Notes: generated by a model not told the origin, from the sequence alone. DNA of 64,000 bases from Brevundimonas sp. (GCF_044239655.1 NZ_JBIIAY010000001.1:17794-81793), one strand, 5' to 3'. Counted from the first letter of the stretch, positions 16,938 through 27,515 are shown. Made by a program: numbers and translations.

Positions 16938-17990
16938 CTACAACCCCAGACGCTTGGCCCGCGCCGCAATCTCCAGCAGCAGCCGTTCGGCGATCAGGGC
17001 CTCGGGCATTCCCGTCGTCTTCGTCGCCACATCGGCGGTGTTGATGCTGTCCAGCACCCGGTCGAGGTCGTCGAGGCGCCAGGCGCGGGCCTGACGCAGC
17101 ATTTCGGCCTCCTGTTTCCAGAAGACGCCGGCAGCCTTGGCGGCCTCCTTGGCGCCGCTGCCGGTCTCCTGAAGCACATTGATGCGCCGCAGCTTGCCCA
17201 GGTGGATCGAGGCCTGACGCACCGCCATGACGGCGCTCTCGCCCTCGGCGAGCGCGCGGCGCAGGCCCGACTGCGAGGGCGCGGGACGTCCGCCGAAGGC
17301 CTGCAGTGCCGCGTCCTGAAGCGAGGCGTCGGGTTCGACCCCCAGATGGGCCTCCAGCTCGGCCACGTCGATCTGACGGCCCGAGCCGGGACCGATATAG
17401 AGCACCAGCCGCTCGATCTCCTGGCGCATCAGGCCGCGCTCGCGGGGCAGGCGGGACACGAACCGGTCGAGCGCATCGGACGTCAGCGACACCTTTTCCC
17501 CGGCCAGGGCCTCGCGGGTCATGCGGGCGACGTCGCCGGTCTCGTCCTCGTAGCAGACGATGGCGGCCGAGCCCTTGCCGGCCTCGGCGGCCTTGCGCAG
17601 CGCGGACTCGCGGCCAAGCGCGCCAGCCTCGATGACCAGCATGGCGTCGGGGTTGAAGCCGCCGTCGCCGTGGGTCTTGACCACGGCCGCCAGCATCTTG
17701 TCGATCGAGGCCTTGTCGCCACCCAATCGCACGCGGATCAGACGCCGTCCGCCGATCATGCTGAGCGCCGTCAGGGCCTCTTCCAGCCGCGCCTCATCGC
17801 CGTCGATATCGCTGTCGGTCAGGACGGTGACGTTGAAGGGGTCGTTGAGGTCCGGTGTGACCGTCTTGCACAGGACGGTGGCGCGCTCGGAGACGCCCGA
17901 GCGGTCCTTGCCATGAATGAGGACGGCCCGGATCCCTGCGTCCGGACGGGCCAGGAAGCGGTCGATCTCGGGCCGCTTGGCCAGGATCAT
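16938..17990 (-). CDS. holA: DNA polymerase III delta subunit
   Basis: Length and similarity to alphaproteobacterial HolA. Conserved position next to lptE-leuS. Confidence 0.82.
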   Translation of the reverse strand: MILAKRPEIDRFLARPDAGIRAVLIHGKDRSGVSERATVLCKTVTPDLNDPFNVTVLTDSDIDGDEARLEEALTALSMIGGRRLIRVRLGGDKASIDKMLAAVVKTHGDGGFNPDAMLVIEAGALGRESALRKAAEAGKGSAAIVCYEDETGDVARMTREALAGEKVSLTSDALDRFVSRLPRERGLMRQEIERLVLYIGPGSGRQIDVAELEAHLGVEPDASLQDAALQAFGGRPAPSQSGLRRALAEGESAVMAVRQASIHLGKLRRINVLQETGSGAKEAAKAAGVFWKQEAEMLRQARAWRLDDLDRVLDSINTADVATKTTGMPEALIAERLLLEIAARAKRLGL

Positions 17991-18020
17991 GAGAAAATCC
18001 TCACCCGGAGCGTAGCGAAC

Positions 18021-18113
18021 GGGGGAGGGGGACCGCCGCAGGCGGTGGAGGGGGCGAAACCAAGCGTGGTGTCTGGGGTCGCCCCCTCCACCACTTCGTG
18101 GTCCCCCTCCCCC
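18021..18113. repeat. nested palindrome (family B): outer GGGGGAGGGGGACC/GGTCCCCCTCCCCC, inner GGTGGAGGGGGCGA/TCGCCCCCTCCACC
   Basis: Two concentric 14-bp perfect inverted repeats. The inner stem shares GGAGGGGGCGA with family A. Confidence 0.88.
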
Positions 18114-18132
18114 GCGAAGAGGCGGGTGAGGA

Positions 18133-18624
18133 TCACTGGGACAGCGCCCTGAGGATATCCAGACGGATCAGTCGGGCCAGTTCGGCGGCGGCGCGGTCCT
18201 CGCCGTCCTGCTGGGCGGCGATAGCGGCGTAGGGTTGGTCGGCGGCGGCGTAGGTCAGGGTCGCGGTCTCGACGCCGGTCAGGGGCGTGCCCGCGCCTGT
18301 GGGCGTCAGTGTCCAGGCCGTGCGGACGGTCAGTTCATAGCGGGTGGCGGTATCGTCGATCCGGCGGCCGAGCGGACGGCGGCTCTGTTCGGTCAGGGTG
18401 GTCAGGCGCCAGGCCGGTTGCGATCCCCGGTCCCAGCCGAGGGAGTCCTCGAGTTGTTCGCGCAGGCGATAACCCAGACGGTTGTCCTCGGCCGTCACCG
18501 CGATCCGCGACATGACCGGAGCGCCGCCCGTGGCGTACATCGGCGTAAATCCGCAGGCGCTGGTCAACAGTCCCGCCATCGAAATCGCAACGAGGCTAAG
18601 CGCCGCCGGGCGCCCCCGGCTCAT
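18133..18624 (-). CDS. lptE: LPS-assembly lipoprotein LptE
   Basis: Lipobox LLTSAC. 4-nt ATGA overlap with the leuS stop. Conserved leuS-lptE-holA order. Confidence 0.8.
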   Translation of the reverse strand: MSRGRPAALSLVAISMAGLLTSACGFTPMYATGGAPVMSRIAVTAEDNRLGYRLREQLEDSLGWDRGSQPAWRLTTLTEQSRRPLGRRIDDTATRYELTVRTAWTLTPTGAGTPLTGVETATLTYAAADQPYAAIAAQQDGEDRAAAELARLIRLDILRALSQ

Positions 18625-21209
18625 CCGGCTACCAGATTGACGATGCGGTCGGGCACGACGATGACCTTGCGGATGGATTGGGCGTTGGCTTCCAGATAGG
18701 CCTGAACGGCGGGATTGGCGAGCGCCTCGGCTTCGACGGCCTTGGGATCGGCCCCGCGCGGCATCGTGATCTCGCCCCGGCGCTTGCCGTTGATCTGGAT
18801 GGGAAGGACGACCTCGTCATCGGCGGCGAGGCCTGCGTCGAAGACGGGCCATGGGGCGTCCAGGACCATGCCGTCTTGGCCCAGCCGCGCCCAGGCTTCC
18901 TCGGCCAGGTGGGGGGTGAAGGGGGCGATCAACCGGGCCAGGGCCGACAGGGCCTGCGCCTTCGCCGCACCGCCCGCGTCCTTCGCGTCACGGACCGTGG
19001 CCAGAAAGGCGTACAGTTTCGCGATGGCCGAGTTGAAGCGGAAGCCTTCGACGCCTTCGGACACGGCCGTGATGGCCTTGTGGGTCTCGCGGACCATGGC
19101 GGTGTTGGCCGTCGCGTCGCCCTCGGGAGCCGCATCATAGGCGTCGAACTCGGCCCAGACGCGCTGGACGAAGCGGCTGGCGCCCTCGACCCCGCCGGGG
19201 GTCCACTGGACATCGCGCTCGGGCGGTGAGTCGGACAGGACGAACAGGCGGCCCGCGTCGACGCCGTGGCTGTCGAGGATTTCCTGCGGCGCGACGACGT
19301 TCTTCTTGGACTTGGACATCTTCTCGATGTCGCCGATCATCAGGGTCTCGCCGGTCGAGAGCTGACGGGCGCTGCGGACACCGTTGTCGTTCTTCAGGTC
19401 CACGTCGGTCGGTTCGACCCAGCCCCCGTCGGCGCGGCGATAGGTCTCGTGGACCACCATCCCTTGCGTGAACAGGCCGGCGAAGGGCTCGCGCACCGAC
19501 AGCATCCCGGCGTCGGCCAGGGCGCGGGTCACGAACCGGGCATAGAGCAGGTGCAGGACCGCGTGTTCGACCCCGCCGATATACTGGTCGACCGCCAGCC
19601 AGTGGTCGGCGGCGGCGGCGTTGATCGGCTCGGCCGCCGTGGGATCGGGGAAACGGGCGAAATACCAGCTGGAATCGACGAAGGTGTCGAGGGTGTCGGT
19701 CTCGCGCGTCGCATCGGCCCCGCAGGACGGGCATTTGACGTGTTTCCAGGTCGGGTGCCGGGCCAGGGGGTTGCCGGGCACGTCGAAGGTCACGTCATCG
19801 GGCAGGACGACGGGCAACTGGTCCGCCGGAACCGGAACGACGTCGCAGGCCTCGCAGTGGATGACCGGGATCGGACAGCCCCAGTACCGCTGTCGGCTGA
19901 CGCCCCAGTCGCGCAGGCGATAGATGGTCGCCCCCTTGCCCTGACCGGCGGCCTCTATGCGTTCGATCGCGGCGGCCTTGGCGTCTTCGACCGACAGGCC
20001 GTCCAGGAAGTCGGAGTTGAAGATGGAGCCCGGACCGACATAGGCCTCGGTCCCGATCTCGACGGTGTCGGCCCCGTCGGGCCTGACCACGGGGGTGACG
20101 GGCAGGTCGTATTTGCGGGCGAAGTCCAGGTCGCGCTGGTCGTGGGCGGGGCAGCCGAAGATGGCCCCCGATCCGTAGGTTGAGAGCACGAAATTGGCCG
20201 CCCAGACCGGCAGGGTCTTGTCGGGGTCGAAGGGATGGCGAACGCGGACGCCCAGGTCCACACCCAGCTTTTCGGCCTTCTCGATGTCGGCTTCACTGGT
20301 GCTGGTCCGGGCGCAGGCCTCGGCGAAGGCGGCGACGTCGGGGCGATGGGCGGCGATCGCCTTGGTCAGAGGATGGTCGGGGGCCAGGGCCAGGAAACTG
20401 GCCCCGAACAGGGTGTCAGGCCGGGTCGTATAGACCTCGATCGGGTCGCGGGCGTGGTTGGGTTCGCCTTCGGGCGAGGCGGGCAGGAAGTCGGGGGCGA
20501 CCGTGATATCCCACCACAGGGTCGCGCCCTTGGACTTGCCGATCCAGTTTTCCTGCATCAGCCGGACCTTGTCGGGCCAGCGGCCTTCCAGGGTCTTCAA
20601 CCCCTCGATCAGGTCGTCGGCATAGTCGGTGATACGCAGGAACCACTGGTTCAGCTTGCGCTTCTCGACGATCGCGCCCGAGCGCCAGCCCCGCCCGTCG
20701 ATGACCTGTTCGTTGGCCAGGACGGTGTTGTCGACGGGGTCCCAGTTGACCACGCCATCCTTGCGATAGACCAGACCGCGCCGGTACAGCTCCAGGAACC
20801 AGGCCTGCTGCTTGCCGTAGTATTCGGGATCGCAGGTGGCGAATTCGCGGCTCCAGTCCAGCGACAGGCCCAGCAGCTTCAGCTGCTCGCGCATCGCGGC
20901 GATATTGTCGTAGGTCCAGCCCTTGGGATGGATGCCCCGCTCCATGGCCGCGTTCTCGGCCGGCATGCCGAAGGCGTCCCAGCCCATGGGATGCAGGACA
21001 TCGAAGCCCTGGGCGCGCTTGTGACGCGCCACGACGTCGCCCATCACATAGTTGCGGGCGTGACCCATGTGGATGTTCCCCGACGGATAGGGAAACATCT
21101 CGAGCACATAGTATTTCGGCCGGCCGGTATCCTTCGCGACGAAGGCGTCGGCCTGGGCCCAGCGCGCCTGCTGGCGGGGTTCGGCGGTCTTGGAGTCGTA
21201 ACGGGCCAC
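18621..21209 (-). CDS. leuS: leucine--tRNA ligase
   Basis: HMGHARNY (HIGH) and KMSKSKKN (KMSKS) motifs. GTG start at 21209 (VARYDSK..., AGGA 6 nt upstream) is preferred over the GTG at 21251. Confidence 0.95.
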   Translation of the reverse strand: MARYDSKTAEPRQQARWAQADAFVAKDTGRPKYYVLEMFPYPSGNIHMGHARNYVMGDVVARHKRAQGFDVLHPMGWDAFGMPAENAAMERGIHPKGWTYDNIAAMREQLKLLGLSLDWSREFATCDPEYYGKQQAWFLELYRRGLVYRKDGVVNWDPVDNTVLANEQVIDGRGWRSGAIVEKRKLNQWFLRITDYADDLIEGLKTLEGRWPDKVRLMQENWIGKSKGATLWWDITVAPDFLPASPEGEPNHARDPIEVYTTRPDTLFGASFLALAPDHPLTKAIAAHRPDVAAFAEACARTSTSEADIEKAEKLGVDLGVRVRHPFDPDKTLPVWAANFVLSTYGSGAIFGCPAHDQRDLDFARKYDLPVTPVVRPDGADTVEIGTEAYVGPGSIFNSDFLDGLSVEDAKAAAIERIEAAGQGKGATIYRLRDWGVSRQRYWGCPIPVIHCEACDVVPVPADQLPVVLPDDVTFDVPGNPLARHPTWKHVKCPSCGADATRETDTLDTFVDSSWYFARFPDPTAAEPINAAAADHWLAVDQYIGGVEHAVLHLLYARFVTRALADAGMLSVREPFAGLFTQGMVVHETYRRADGGWVEPTDVDLKNDNGVRSARQLSTGETLMIGDIEKMSKSKKNVVAPQEILDSHGVDAGRLFVLSDSPPERDVQWTPGGVEGASRFVQRVWAEFDAYDAAPEGDATANTAMVRETHKAITAVSEGVEGFRFNSAIAKLYAFLATVRDAKDAGGAAKAQALSALARLIAPFTPHLAEEAWARLGQDGMVLDAPWPVFDAGLAADDEVVLPIQINGKRRGEITMPRGADPKAVEAEALANPAVQAYLEANAQSIRKVIVVPDRIVNLVAG

Positions 21210-21363
21210 GGGAATCCTGGAAGCGGAGAGGGCGATCCCCTCCGCGCTCACATAGCCCGAATGGCAAGACGGCCCAAGAAAATCGGGACGCGCGTCGCGC
21301 TCAAGCCGCGAGGCTCCGCGAGCAGAGCGTTAGCGCCCCAAAAGAGAGCGGGTTGAGCCTGGC

Positions 21364-21849
21364 TCAGCCCGCGTTGGCGAGGTTCAGCTGACGCGCCTTG
21401 GTCAGGATGGCGTTCTCGAGGTCGGTCTCGGTCTGGGCGGCGACGGGCGCGCTGGTCCAGGCCCCCGAGGCATCCTTGACCTCTTTCGTCACCGTGACGT
21501 TCAGGGCGTCGGCCCGCAGACGGGTGTCGAGGATGAAGACCGTGGCCTTGAAACGCTCGTTCGGCGTCTGGGGGTTGACGTACCAGTCATAGTTGACGAC
21601 CCCGCCCCACGGATCGGCGGTCATCAGGGGCATGAAGCTGAGGGTGTCGAGGGTGGCGCGCCACAGATAGGCGTTGACGCCGATCCCGGCCTGGGCCGCC
21701 GCCGTGCGGGCCGCCGTGTCGTCGCGCTTGCCCATGAAGGGGATGCCGCCACAGGCGGACAGCAACAGGCCGGAGGCGATGGCGGCGATCGCGACACTCC
21801 GGGTCAGGGTCGTTGACCGGGTCCTGGCCGTCGCTGTGTGGGGGGCCAT
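21364..21849 (-). CDS. conserved lipoprotein (DUF3576-like)
   Basis: Lipobox LLLSAC followed by a conserved-looking domain (NAYLWRATLDTLSFMP). Start taken at MAPHTAT; the longer track ORF is upstream extension. Confidence 0.68.
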   Translation of the reverse strand: MAPHTATARTRSTTLTRSVAIAAIASGLLLSACGGIPFMGKRDDTAARTAAAQAGIGVNAYLWRATLDTLSFMPLMTADPWGGVVNYDWYVNPQTPNERFKATVFILDTRLRADALNVTVTKEVKDASGAWTSAPVAAQTETDLENAILTKARQLNLANAG

Positions 21850-22099
21850 CAAGAAAATCTCCGTCAAGTCTGTGGACGCCGAACCGCTTGAGCCTGACGG
21901 CCGCGCAGGGGCGACAGCGCCGCCTCTGCAAGGTCGGCACCGTAGCGTGGCTCTATAACACGCTGAAAAGGGGCAATGACAAGGCGAAGCTGCCCCCTTG
22001 GCGTTGCAAGCGACCGGCCCGGCCCCCACCTGTCGCGTGACGCATGGGCCACAGCCCGGTCCAGAGTCGCTGGAACCAGGGTGATTTGGGCTCGTTGCG

Positions 22100-22128
22100 T
22101 TGACCGAACGGTCGCGGGGTGTCTAATC
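22100..22128 (+). promoter_or_regulatory. candidate sigma-70-type promoter (TTGACC-N17-CTAATC)
   Basis: -35/-10-like hexamers at 17-nt spacing, about 70 nt upstream of the 22198 ORF. Confidence 0.25.
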
Positions 22129-22197
22129 GCGGCTGTTCACGGTGAAGACACCGGTTCGTCTGTAGCGCGGCCTGTCGGTCGCGATGAAGGGTTGGAA

Positions 22198-22590
22198 ATG
22201 CGGTTCGGCGCGATCATCGCAGGACTTATCGGGGCCGCCGCCCTTGTGACCGTCGCCGGAGAAGCCTCCGCGCAGACGCGTTCGCGCGCGCCCGCCGTTT
22301 CCCTGTCCGAAGCCTCCGCCGCCCAGAGTTCGCAGGCCGCCCCGCAACGTCGTGGCCTGCGCTGGAACGAGAACGGTCGCTGGGGCCTGAACTTCAACAT
22401 GAACCAGCCCGTGGGCCGCGAAGCCCGTTGGGGTGACGCCGAAGCCGGTGCCTACTATTCGGTCACGCCGCGCCTCAGCGTCGGTGCCGCCGCCACCCTG
22501 GGCCGTCAGGTTCAGGATCCGGCCCGTGCCCCCGAGACCGATCGCCGCTCCCAGCCGCGCATCCGTCTGGAATCGATCTTCCGCTTCTAG
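22198..22590 (+). CDS. small secreted hypothetical protein (130 aa) ending in aromatic ...IFRF
   Basis: Signal peptide MRFGAIIAGLIGAAALVTVAGEASA and a C-terminal Phe as in outer-membrane proteins. The track ORF start (21976) is upstream extension. Confidence 0.55.
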   Translation: MRFGAIIAGLIGAAALVTVAGEASAQTRSRAPAVSLSEASAAQSSQAAPQRRGLRWNENGRWGLNFNMNQPVGREARWGDAEAGAYYSVTPRLSVGAAATLGRQVQDPARAPETDRRSQPRIRLESIFRF

Positions 22591-23228
22591 GGTTTCGGCC
22601 CGAAGGCCTGCTGGATGGCATCAACGCCAGCCAATCCGCACGCGCCGCTCCCGGCCAACCGGCCCACCGTCTCCAGACCCAAGCCGCCCAGAGCATAGAC
22701 CGGCAGGCCGGTTGACCGAACGAGGGCCACGATCGCCTCGACCCCCAGGGCCGGCTTCACGGACGACGTCCCACCCGCTTTGAAGATCGGCGACAGCACC
22801 AGGGCGTCGAGACCGTCGGGCGCAGCCCCTTCCGGCAGATGGCGGGCCGCCGTCAGCAGCCAGTCGGGATTGCGCGCCCGCAGCGCCGCCGCCTGGCCCG
22901 CCGCCCGTTCGGGCAGGTGGACCCCGTCCGCTTCGATCCGTTCGGCCAGGTCGGCATCCAGCCCGATCAGCAATCTGACGCCCCGATCGGTGGTGATCCG
23001 GCGCAGGTGTCGGCCCACAACCTCGGCGTCCTCTCGTCCAAAGCCCCGATACACCACGCAGGCCCCCTCCGGCAGGCGCTCGGCCGTCCGCAACGGCTCT
23101 GGCGTCCTCACCGGGTCGGTGAAGAACAGCAGGGGCGGCAATCGGCGCGGGCTGACAGGCGCAGCGGCGCGGGCTAGAGCCACGGCGGCGTCCCACAGTG
23201 TCCTTGCGTCGCCCGAGAGGTCCATCAT
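22587..23228 (-). CDS. thiamine-phosphate synthase family protein (ThiE/TenI-like)
   Basis: LPPLLFFTDP, GVHL and SPIFKAG...ALGG motifs. Start ATG 23228, or alternative GTG 23183. The track ORF (to 23684) is upstream extension. Confidence 0.72.
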   Translation of the reverse strand: MMDLSGDARTLWDAAVALARAAAPVSPRRLPPLLFFTDPVRTPEPLRTAERLPEGACVVYRGFGREDAEVVGRHLRRITTDRGVRLLIGLDADLAERIEADGVHLPERAAGQAAALRARNPDWLLTAARHLPEGAAPDGLDALVLSPIFKAGGTSSVKPALGVEAIVALVRSTGLPVYALGGLGLETVGRLAGSGACGLAGVDAIQQAFGPKP

Positions 23229-23955
23229 GCCCTCATCTCCTGTCGAGAGCCCCGCGTCCATATGGCCCGCGTCCATCGCCGACCGGCTGGCCCTGATCGA
23301 CGGGCGCATCCGGGCCGCCGCCGAGGCCTGCGGTCGCGATCCCGCCTCCGTCACCCTCACCGTCGTGTCGAAGACGCAAGGCCGCGAGGCGATCGACGCC
23401 GCCCTGGCCGCCGGGGCGAGCGTCTTCGGCGAAAACCGGGTGCAGGAGGCGCAAACGCGCTGGACCGAGGAACGCGCCCGGTCCGCCGACGTCGAGCTGC
23501 GGCTGATCGGGGCCCTGCAGTCCAACAAGGCGGCCGATGCGGTGGCCCTGTTCGACGTCATCGAGACCCTGGACCGCGACAGCCTGGCCCGGGCCCTGGC
23601 CACGGCGATCCAGAAGGCCGGCCGGTCGCCGCGCCTGCTGGTCCAGGTCAATACCGGCGAGGAGCCGCAGAAGGCCGGCATCATCCCCCGCGACCTCGAC
23701 GCCTTCCTGAACAGCGCCCGCGACGACTACGGCCTGTCGGTCGAGGGTCTGATGGCCATTCCGCCGGTGGACGAGGCGGCGGGGCTGCATTTCGCCCTGC
23801 TGGCCAGGCTCGCCGAGCGGAACGGCCTGAAGGTCCTGTCCATGGGGATGAGCGGCGATTTCGAGACGGCGATTCGGTTCGGCGCAACCCATGTCCGGGT
23901 CGGATCGGCGATCTTCGGGGAACGAAAGTCGCCCGAGGCACCCTCTAGGGTCTGA
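23227..23955 (+). CDS. yggS: YggS-family pyridoxal-phosphate homeostasis protein
   Basis: VSKTQ (PLP lysine), FGENRVQE and MGMSGDFE motifs. ATG at 23227 is the only canonical in-frame start before the conserved region. Confidence 0.85.
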   Translation: MPSSPVESPASIWPASIADRLALIDGRIRAAAEACGRDPASVTLTVVSKTQGREAIDAALAAGASVFGENRVQEAQTRWTEERARSADVELRLIGALQSNKAADAVALFDVIETLDRDSLARALATAIQKAGRSPRLLVQVNTGEEPQKAGIIPRDLDAFLNSARDDYGLSVEGLMAIPPVDEAAGLHFALLARLAERNGLKVLSMGMSGDFETAIRFGATHVRVGSAIFGERKSPEAPSRV

Positions 23956-24016
23956 TTCCGCTTCATTTTCCCGCTCGCCCTTGGCGGATGGGCCAAGCCT
24001 CGCCATTGTTACTGAC

Positions 24017-24703
24017 ATGCCCACAGCCAAGACCCTGCTCATCATCGACGACGACGACGACCTGCGCGAGGCCCTGGCCGAACAGCTGGCGCTGCACGAG
24101 GAGTTCCGCACGGTTCAGGCCGCGACGGCCACCGAGGGCGTGCGGCTGGGGCGAGAGATCCGCGCCGACCTGATCCTGCTGGACGTGGACCTGCCCGACA
24201 TGGACGGGCGCGAGGCCTGCCGCCTGTTGCGCAAGGACGGGGTCTCGACCCCCGTCATCATGCTGACGGCCCAGGATTCGGACGCCGACACCGTGCTGGG
24301 GCTGGATTCGGGGGCCAACGACTATGTGACCAAGCCCTTCCGGTTCGCGGTCCTGCTGGCCCGCATCCGTGCGCACCTGAGAAGCCACGAACAGTCCGAG
24401 GACGCCGTCTTCGCCATCGGCCCCTACGAGTTCCGCCCGGCGGGCAAGCTGCTGCTCGACGACAAGGGCAAGAAGATCCGGCTGACGGAAAAAGAGACCA
24501 ATATCCTGAAATACCTCTATCGCGCCGGGGCCAAGCCGATCTCGCGCGAGGAACTGCTGACCGAGGTCTGGGGCTACAACGCCGGGGTCACGACCCACAC
24601 CCTGGAAACGCACATCTACCGCCTGCGCCAGAAGATTGAGCCCGAGCCCGGCGCGGCGCGGTTGTTGCTGACCGACGCGGGCGGGTATCGCCTCCAGCCC
24701 TGA
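24017..24703 (+). CDS. OmpR-family response regulator (CenR-like by position)
   Basis: REC domain (IIDDDDD, LLDVDLPDMDG, MLTA, KPF) plus a winged-helix C-terminus. Start at MPTAKTLL. The position relative to leuS/parB resembles Caulobacter cenR; this is recalled from memory and not verified. Confidence 0.85.
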   Translation: MPTAKTLLIIDDDDDLREALAEQLALHEEFRTVQAATATEGVRLGREIRADLILLDVDLPDMDGREACRLLRKDGVSTPVIMLTAQDSDADTVLGLDSGANDYVTKPFRFAVLLARIRAHLRSHEQSEDAVFAIGPYEFRPAGKLLLDDKGKKIRLTEKETNILKYLYRAGAKPISREELLTEVWGYNAGVTTHTLETHIYRLRQKIEPEPGAARLLLTDAGGYRLQP

Positions 24704-24711
24704 AGGCCGGC

Positions 24712-25488
24712 TCAGAGCACCCCGAACAGCCGCAGCGCCTGATAGCCGGCGCTGAACAGCACCACCGCGCCGACGCCGTAGGTCAGCACGCGCTTGGGGG
24801 CGATGCGGGCGATGATGCCGGCGAAGGGCGCGGCCAGCAGGCCGCCGACGATCAGTCCGATCACCGACATGGCGTGGTCCACCACCCCGTCCGCCTGTTG
24901 CCAGTGACCGGTCAGCAGGGCCGCCAGGAAGGTGGCCGAGATGGTCGCGGTGACGAAGAACTCCGCCGTATTGGCCGTGCCGATCGAGATGCGCGGATCC
25001 TGACCCGAGCCGACCATGGTGGTAGTGACGGTGGGGCCCCAGCCGCCGCCGCCGATGGCATCGAAGAAGCCCCCGACCAGTCCCAGCGGTCCGGCCAGCC
25101 TGGTCGGAAACACCCGCTCTCGGGTCTGTTTGGTCGCGCGCCAGATGATGACCAGGCCCATGATCGACAGATAGGCGGTGATCCAGGGCTTCAGCAGGTC
25201 GCCGTCGATACTGGTCAGGACGAAGGCCCCCAGGCCCCCGCCCAGCGCCCCGCCCAGGGCCAGGGGCACGAACAGGCCCCAGTTGACGTTCTTGTTGACC
25301 GCGTGGGACCCGGCCGAGGCGGCCGTTGTGAAGACCTCGGCGGCATGGACGCTGGCCGAGGCTGTCGCCGGCGGCACCCCGAAGGCCAGCAGCACCGTCG
25401 ACGAGATCACGCCATAGGCCATGCCCAGGGCACCATCGACGATCTGGGCACCGAAACCGACGAGCAGGAAGATCCAGAAATCTTGCAT
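24712..25488 (-). CDS. TauE/SafE (TSUP) family anion exporter
   Basis: Begins MQDFWIFLLVGFGAQIVDGALGMAYG; polytopic membrane protein. Confidence 0.84.
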   Translation of the reverse strand: MQDFWIFLLVGFGAQIVDGALGMAYGVISSTVLLAFGVPPATASASVHAAEVFTTAASAGSHAVNKNVNWGLFVPLALGGALGGGLGAFVLTSIDGDLLKPWITAYLSIMGLVIIWRATKQTRERVFPTRLAGPLGLVGGFFDAIGGGGWGPTVTTTMVGSGQDPRISIGTANTAEFFVTATISATFLAALLTGHWQQADGVVDHAMSVIGLIVGGLLAAPFAGIIARIAPKRVLTYGVGAVVLFSAGYQALRLFGVL

Positions 25489-25600
25489 GGAGGCCTGTGT
25501 TGAAACCGTGGTCAGGTTTTCAGATGCGACCGGCCCACGGTAAAGCGACAAATCCTAGCGGCCGAGGGGAGTATTCCTCGCATCGTCAGGGCGATAAGGC

Positions 25601-26233
25601 TCAGCCGGCTCCGATGCGCGCCACCGCGTCCAGCACCTCGCGGCCCGTATAGGGTTTGAGCACCAGGGCCTCGGCCAGTTCGGCGTGGCGCGCGGCGGCG
25701 GGCAGATCGCCCGACAGGAACAGGCTGCGCACGCCCCAGCGGGTCTTGAGCGTCCGGGCAAGCGTGATGCCGTCCCCCTCGCCCGACAGATTGATGTCCA
25801 GCAGCGCCAGGTCGATCGGCTGGAGCGCGGCCATCGCCTCGGCTGCCTCGGCGTTGTGGAAGGGTCCGATGATGCGGTGACCGGCCTCGGACAGCAGGGC
25901 GGTCAGGTCGGCGGCCATCTCCGGATCGTCCTCGACCAGCATCAGGGTGTAGGTCTCGGTCGAGACCGGCGTCGTGGCGTCGCCGGGTGCGGTCTGGCGG
26001 ATCAGGACGGCGCGCAAGTCGGCCCAGACCTCGGTGTCGGCTCGGTCGATGTCCAGGTCATAGACCCCGGCTAGGGCCTTGAGCTCGGCCGATGCGGTTT
26101 CGGTCATGCCGCCGGGTGCCTGACCCAGCAGGCGATCGTAGAGGGCGCACAGGCGTTCGATACTGTCCTGAAGCGGGGCCTCGCCCGGGCCTTGGTTCTC
26201 CGCAGAGGATGTTTCGGGGGGACGGTCGAACAT
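25601..26233 (-). CDS. response-regulator receiver protein with an uncharacterised N-terminal domain of about 95 aa
   Basis: C-terminal REC residues are intact (VEDD, LLDINL, LFLSGD, LKPY). The N-terminal half has no motif I recognise. Start taken at MFDRPPE. Confidence 0.7.
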   Translation of the reverse strand: MFDRPPETSSAENQGPGEAPLQDSIERLCALYDRLLGQAPGGMTETASAELKALAGVYDLDIDRADTEVWADLRAVLIRQTAPGDATTPVSTETYTLMLVEDDPEMAADLTALLSEAGHRIIGPFHNAEAAEAMAALQPIDLALLDINLSGEGDGITLARTLKTRWGVRSLFLSGDLPAAARHAELAEALVLKPYTGREVLDAVARIGAG

Positions 26234-26433
26234 CGGGGCAGCCTCCGGGGTTGAACAGCAGCACCGCACCTAAGCCTCGGCGGCCCTGTCCGTAACCGCC
26301 TCTGACGCCAACGTGAGACCGGCTCACATGGCGGTCACAATTTCGCCATCGCGCGGATCGGCCGCACGGCGGGCTCGGCCGCATCGACATCACGGCGTCT
26401 GTCGGCGTAAAGACCGCCCTCTTTCCAGAACAG

Positions 26434-27513
26434 GTGACCTCTCCCTTGCGACTGCCCCAGGCCCGGCTCGATCAGGTGCTCGACCGCTTCCACCAGGTGG
26501 AGGCGCGGATGGGTGCGGCCAGCGATGGACAGGAGATCGTGCGCCTGTCCAAGGAGCACGCCGAGATGAAGCCGGTCGCCGACGCGGTTCAGGCCCTGGC
26601 CCGGGCGCGCGCCGAGATCGAGGATCTGGCCGGGATGGCCGAGGACCCCGAGATGGCGGCCATGGTCGCCGACGAGCTGGAGACCCTGAACGCCCGGCTG
26701 CCGGACATGGAGCGGGACGTCGCCCTGTTGCTGGCCCCGCGCGACGCCGACGAAAATGCCTCGGCCGTGCTGGAAGTTCGCGCCGGCACCGGCGGGGACG
26801 AGGCCGCGATCTTCGCCGGCGACCTGTTCCGGATGTATTCGCGCTACGCCTCGACGCGCGGCTGGCGGGTCGAACTGGACTCGGCGACCGAGGGCGACGC
26901 CGGCGGCTACAAGGAAATCATCGCCACCGTCACCGGCGACGGCGTGTTTGGCCGGCTCAAGTTCGAGTCAGGCGTCCACCGGGTCCAGCGCGTCCCGGCG
27001 ACGGAGACGCAAGGCCGCATCCACACCTCGGCCGCCACGGTCGCGGTCCTGCCCGAGGTCGAGGACGTCGAGATCGATATCCAGGACAAGGACATCCGTA
27101 TCGACACCTTCCGCGCCTCCGGCTCGGGCGGCCAGCACGTCAACAAGACCGATTCCGCCGTGCGCATCACCCACTTCCCGTCCGGGATCGTGGTGACGTC
27201 CTCGGAAAAGTCGCAGCACGTCAACCGCGACAAGGCGATGAAGAACCTGCGGGTGCGCCTCTACGACATGCAGCGCCAGATGAAGGACAACGCCCGCTCG
27301 GATGCGCGCAAGTCCCAGGTCGGCTCGGGCGATCGCTCCGAACGCATCCGCACCTACAACTATCCGCAAGGCCGGGTGACCGACCACCGCATCGGCCTGA
27401 CCCTGCACAGCCTGCCCCAGATCATCGAGGGCGACATCGACCCCCTGCTGAACGCCCTGATCGCCGAGGATCAGGCCGCCCGGCTGGCGGACCTGGAGGC
27501 GGAGTTTTCGTAA
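26434..27513 (+). CDS. prfA: peptide chain release factor 1
   Basis: PATE tripeptide region ([14 protein letters not shown]) and GGQ motif ([11 protein letters not shown]). GTG start. Confidence 0.96.
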   Translation: MTSPLRLPQARLDQVLDRFHQVEARMGAASDGQEIVRLSKEHAEMKPVADAVQALARARAEIEDLAGMAEDPEMAAMVADELETLNARLPDMERDVALLLAPRDADENASAVLEVRAGTGGDEAAIFAGDLFRMYSRYASTRGWRVELDSATEGDAGGYKEIIATVTGDGVFGRLKFESGVHRVQRVPATETQGRIHTSAATVAVLPEVEDVEIDIQDKDIRIDTFRASGSGGQHVNKTDSAVRITHFPSGIVVTSSEKSQHVNRDKAMKNLRVRLYDMQRQMKDNARSDARKSQVGSGDRSERIRTYNYPQGRVTDHRIGLTLHSLPQIIEGDIDPLLNALIAEDQAARLADLEAEFS

Positions 27514-27515
27514 TT

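Noticed and set aside
16608-18152. 514-aa ORF on the plus strand
   Set aside because: Antisense to holA, and it runs through two repeat elements; artefact.
21850-22197. 348-bp divergent intergenic region near the thiE-like gene as a possible TPP riboswitch or sRNA
   Set aside because: I could not find the conserved TPP-riboswitch core (CUGAGA ... ACCUGAUCUGGAUAAUGCCAGCG-like). Only a generic hairpin (AAGGGGCA...TGCCCCCTT) and a promoter-like TTGACC-N17-CTAATC are present.
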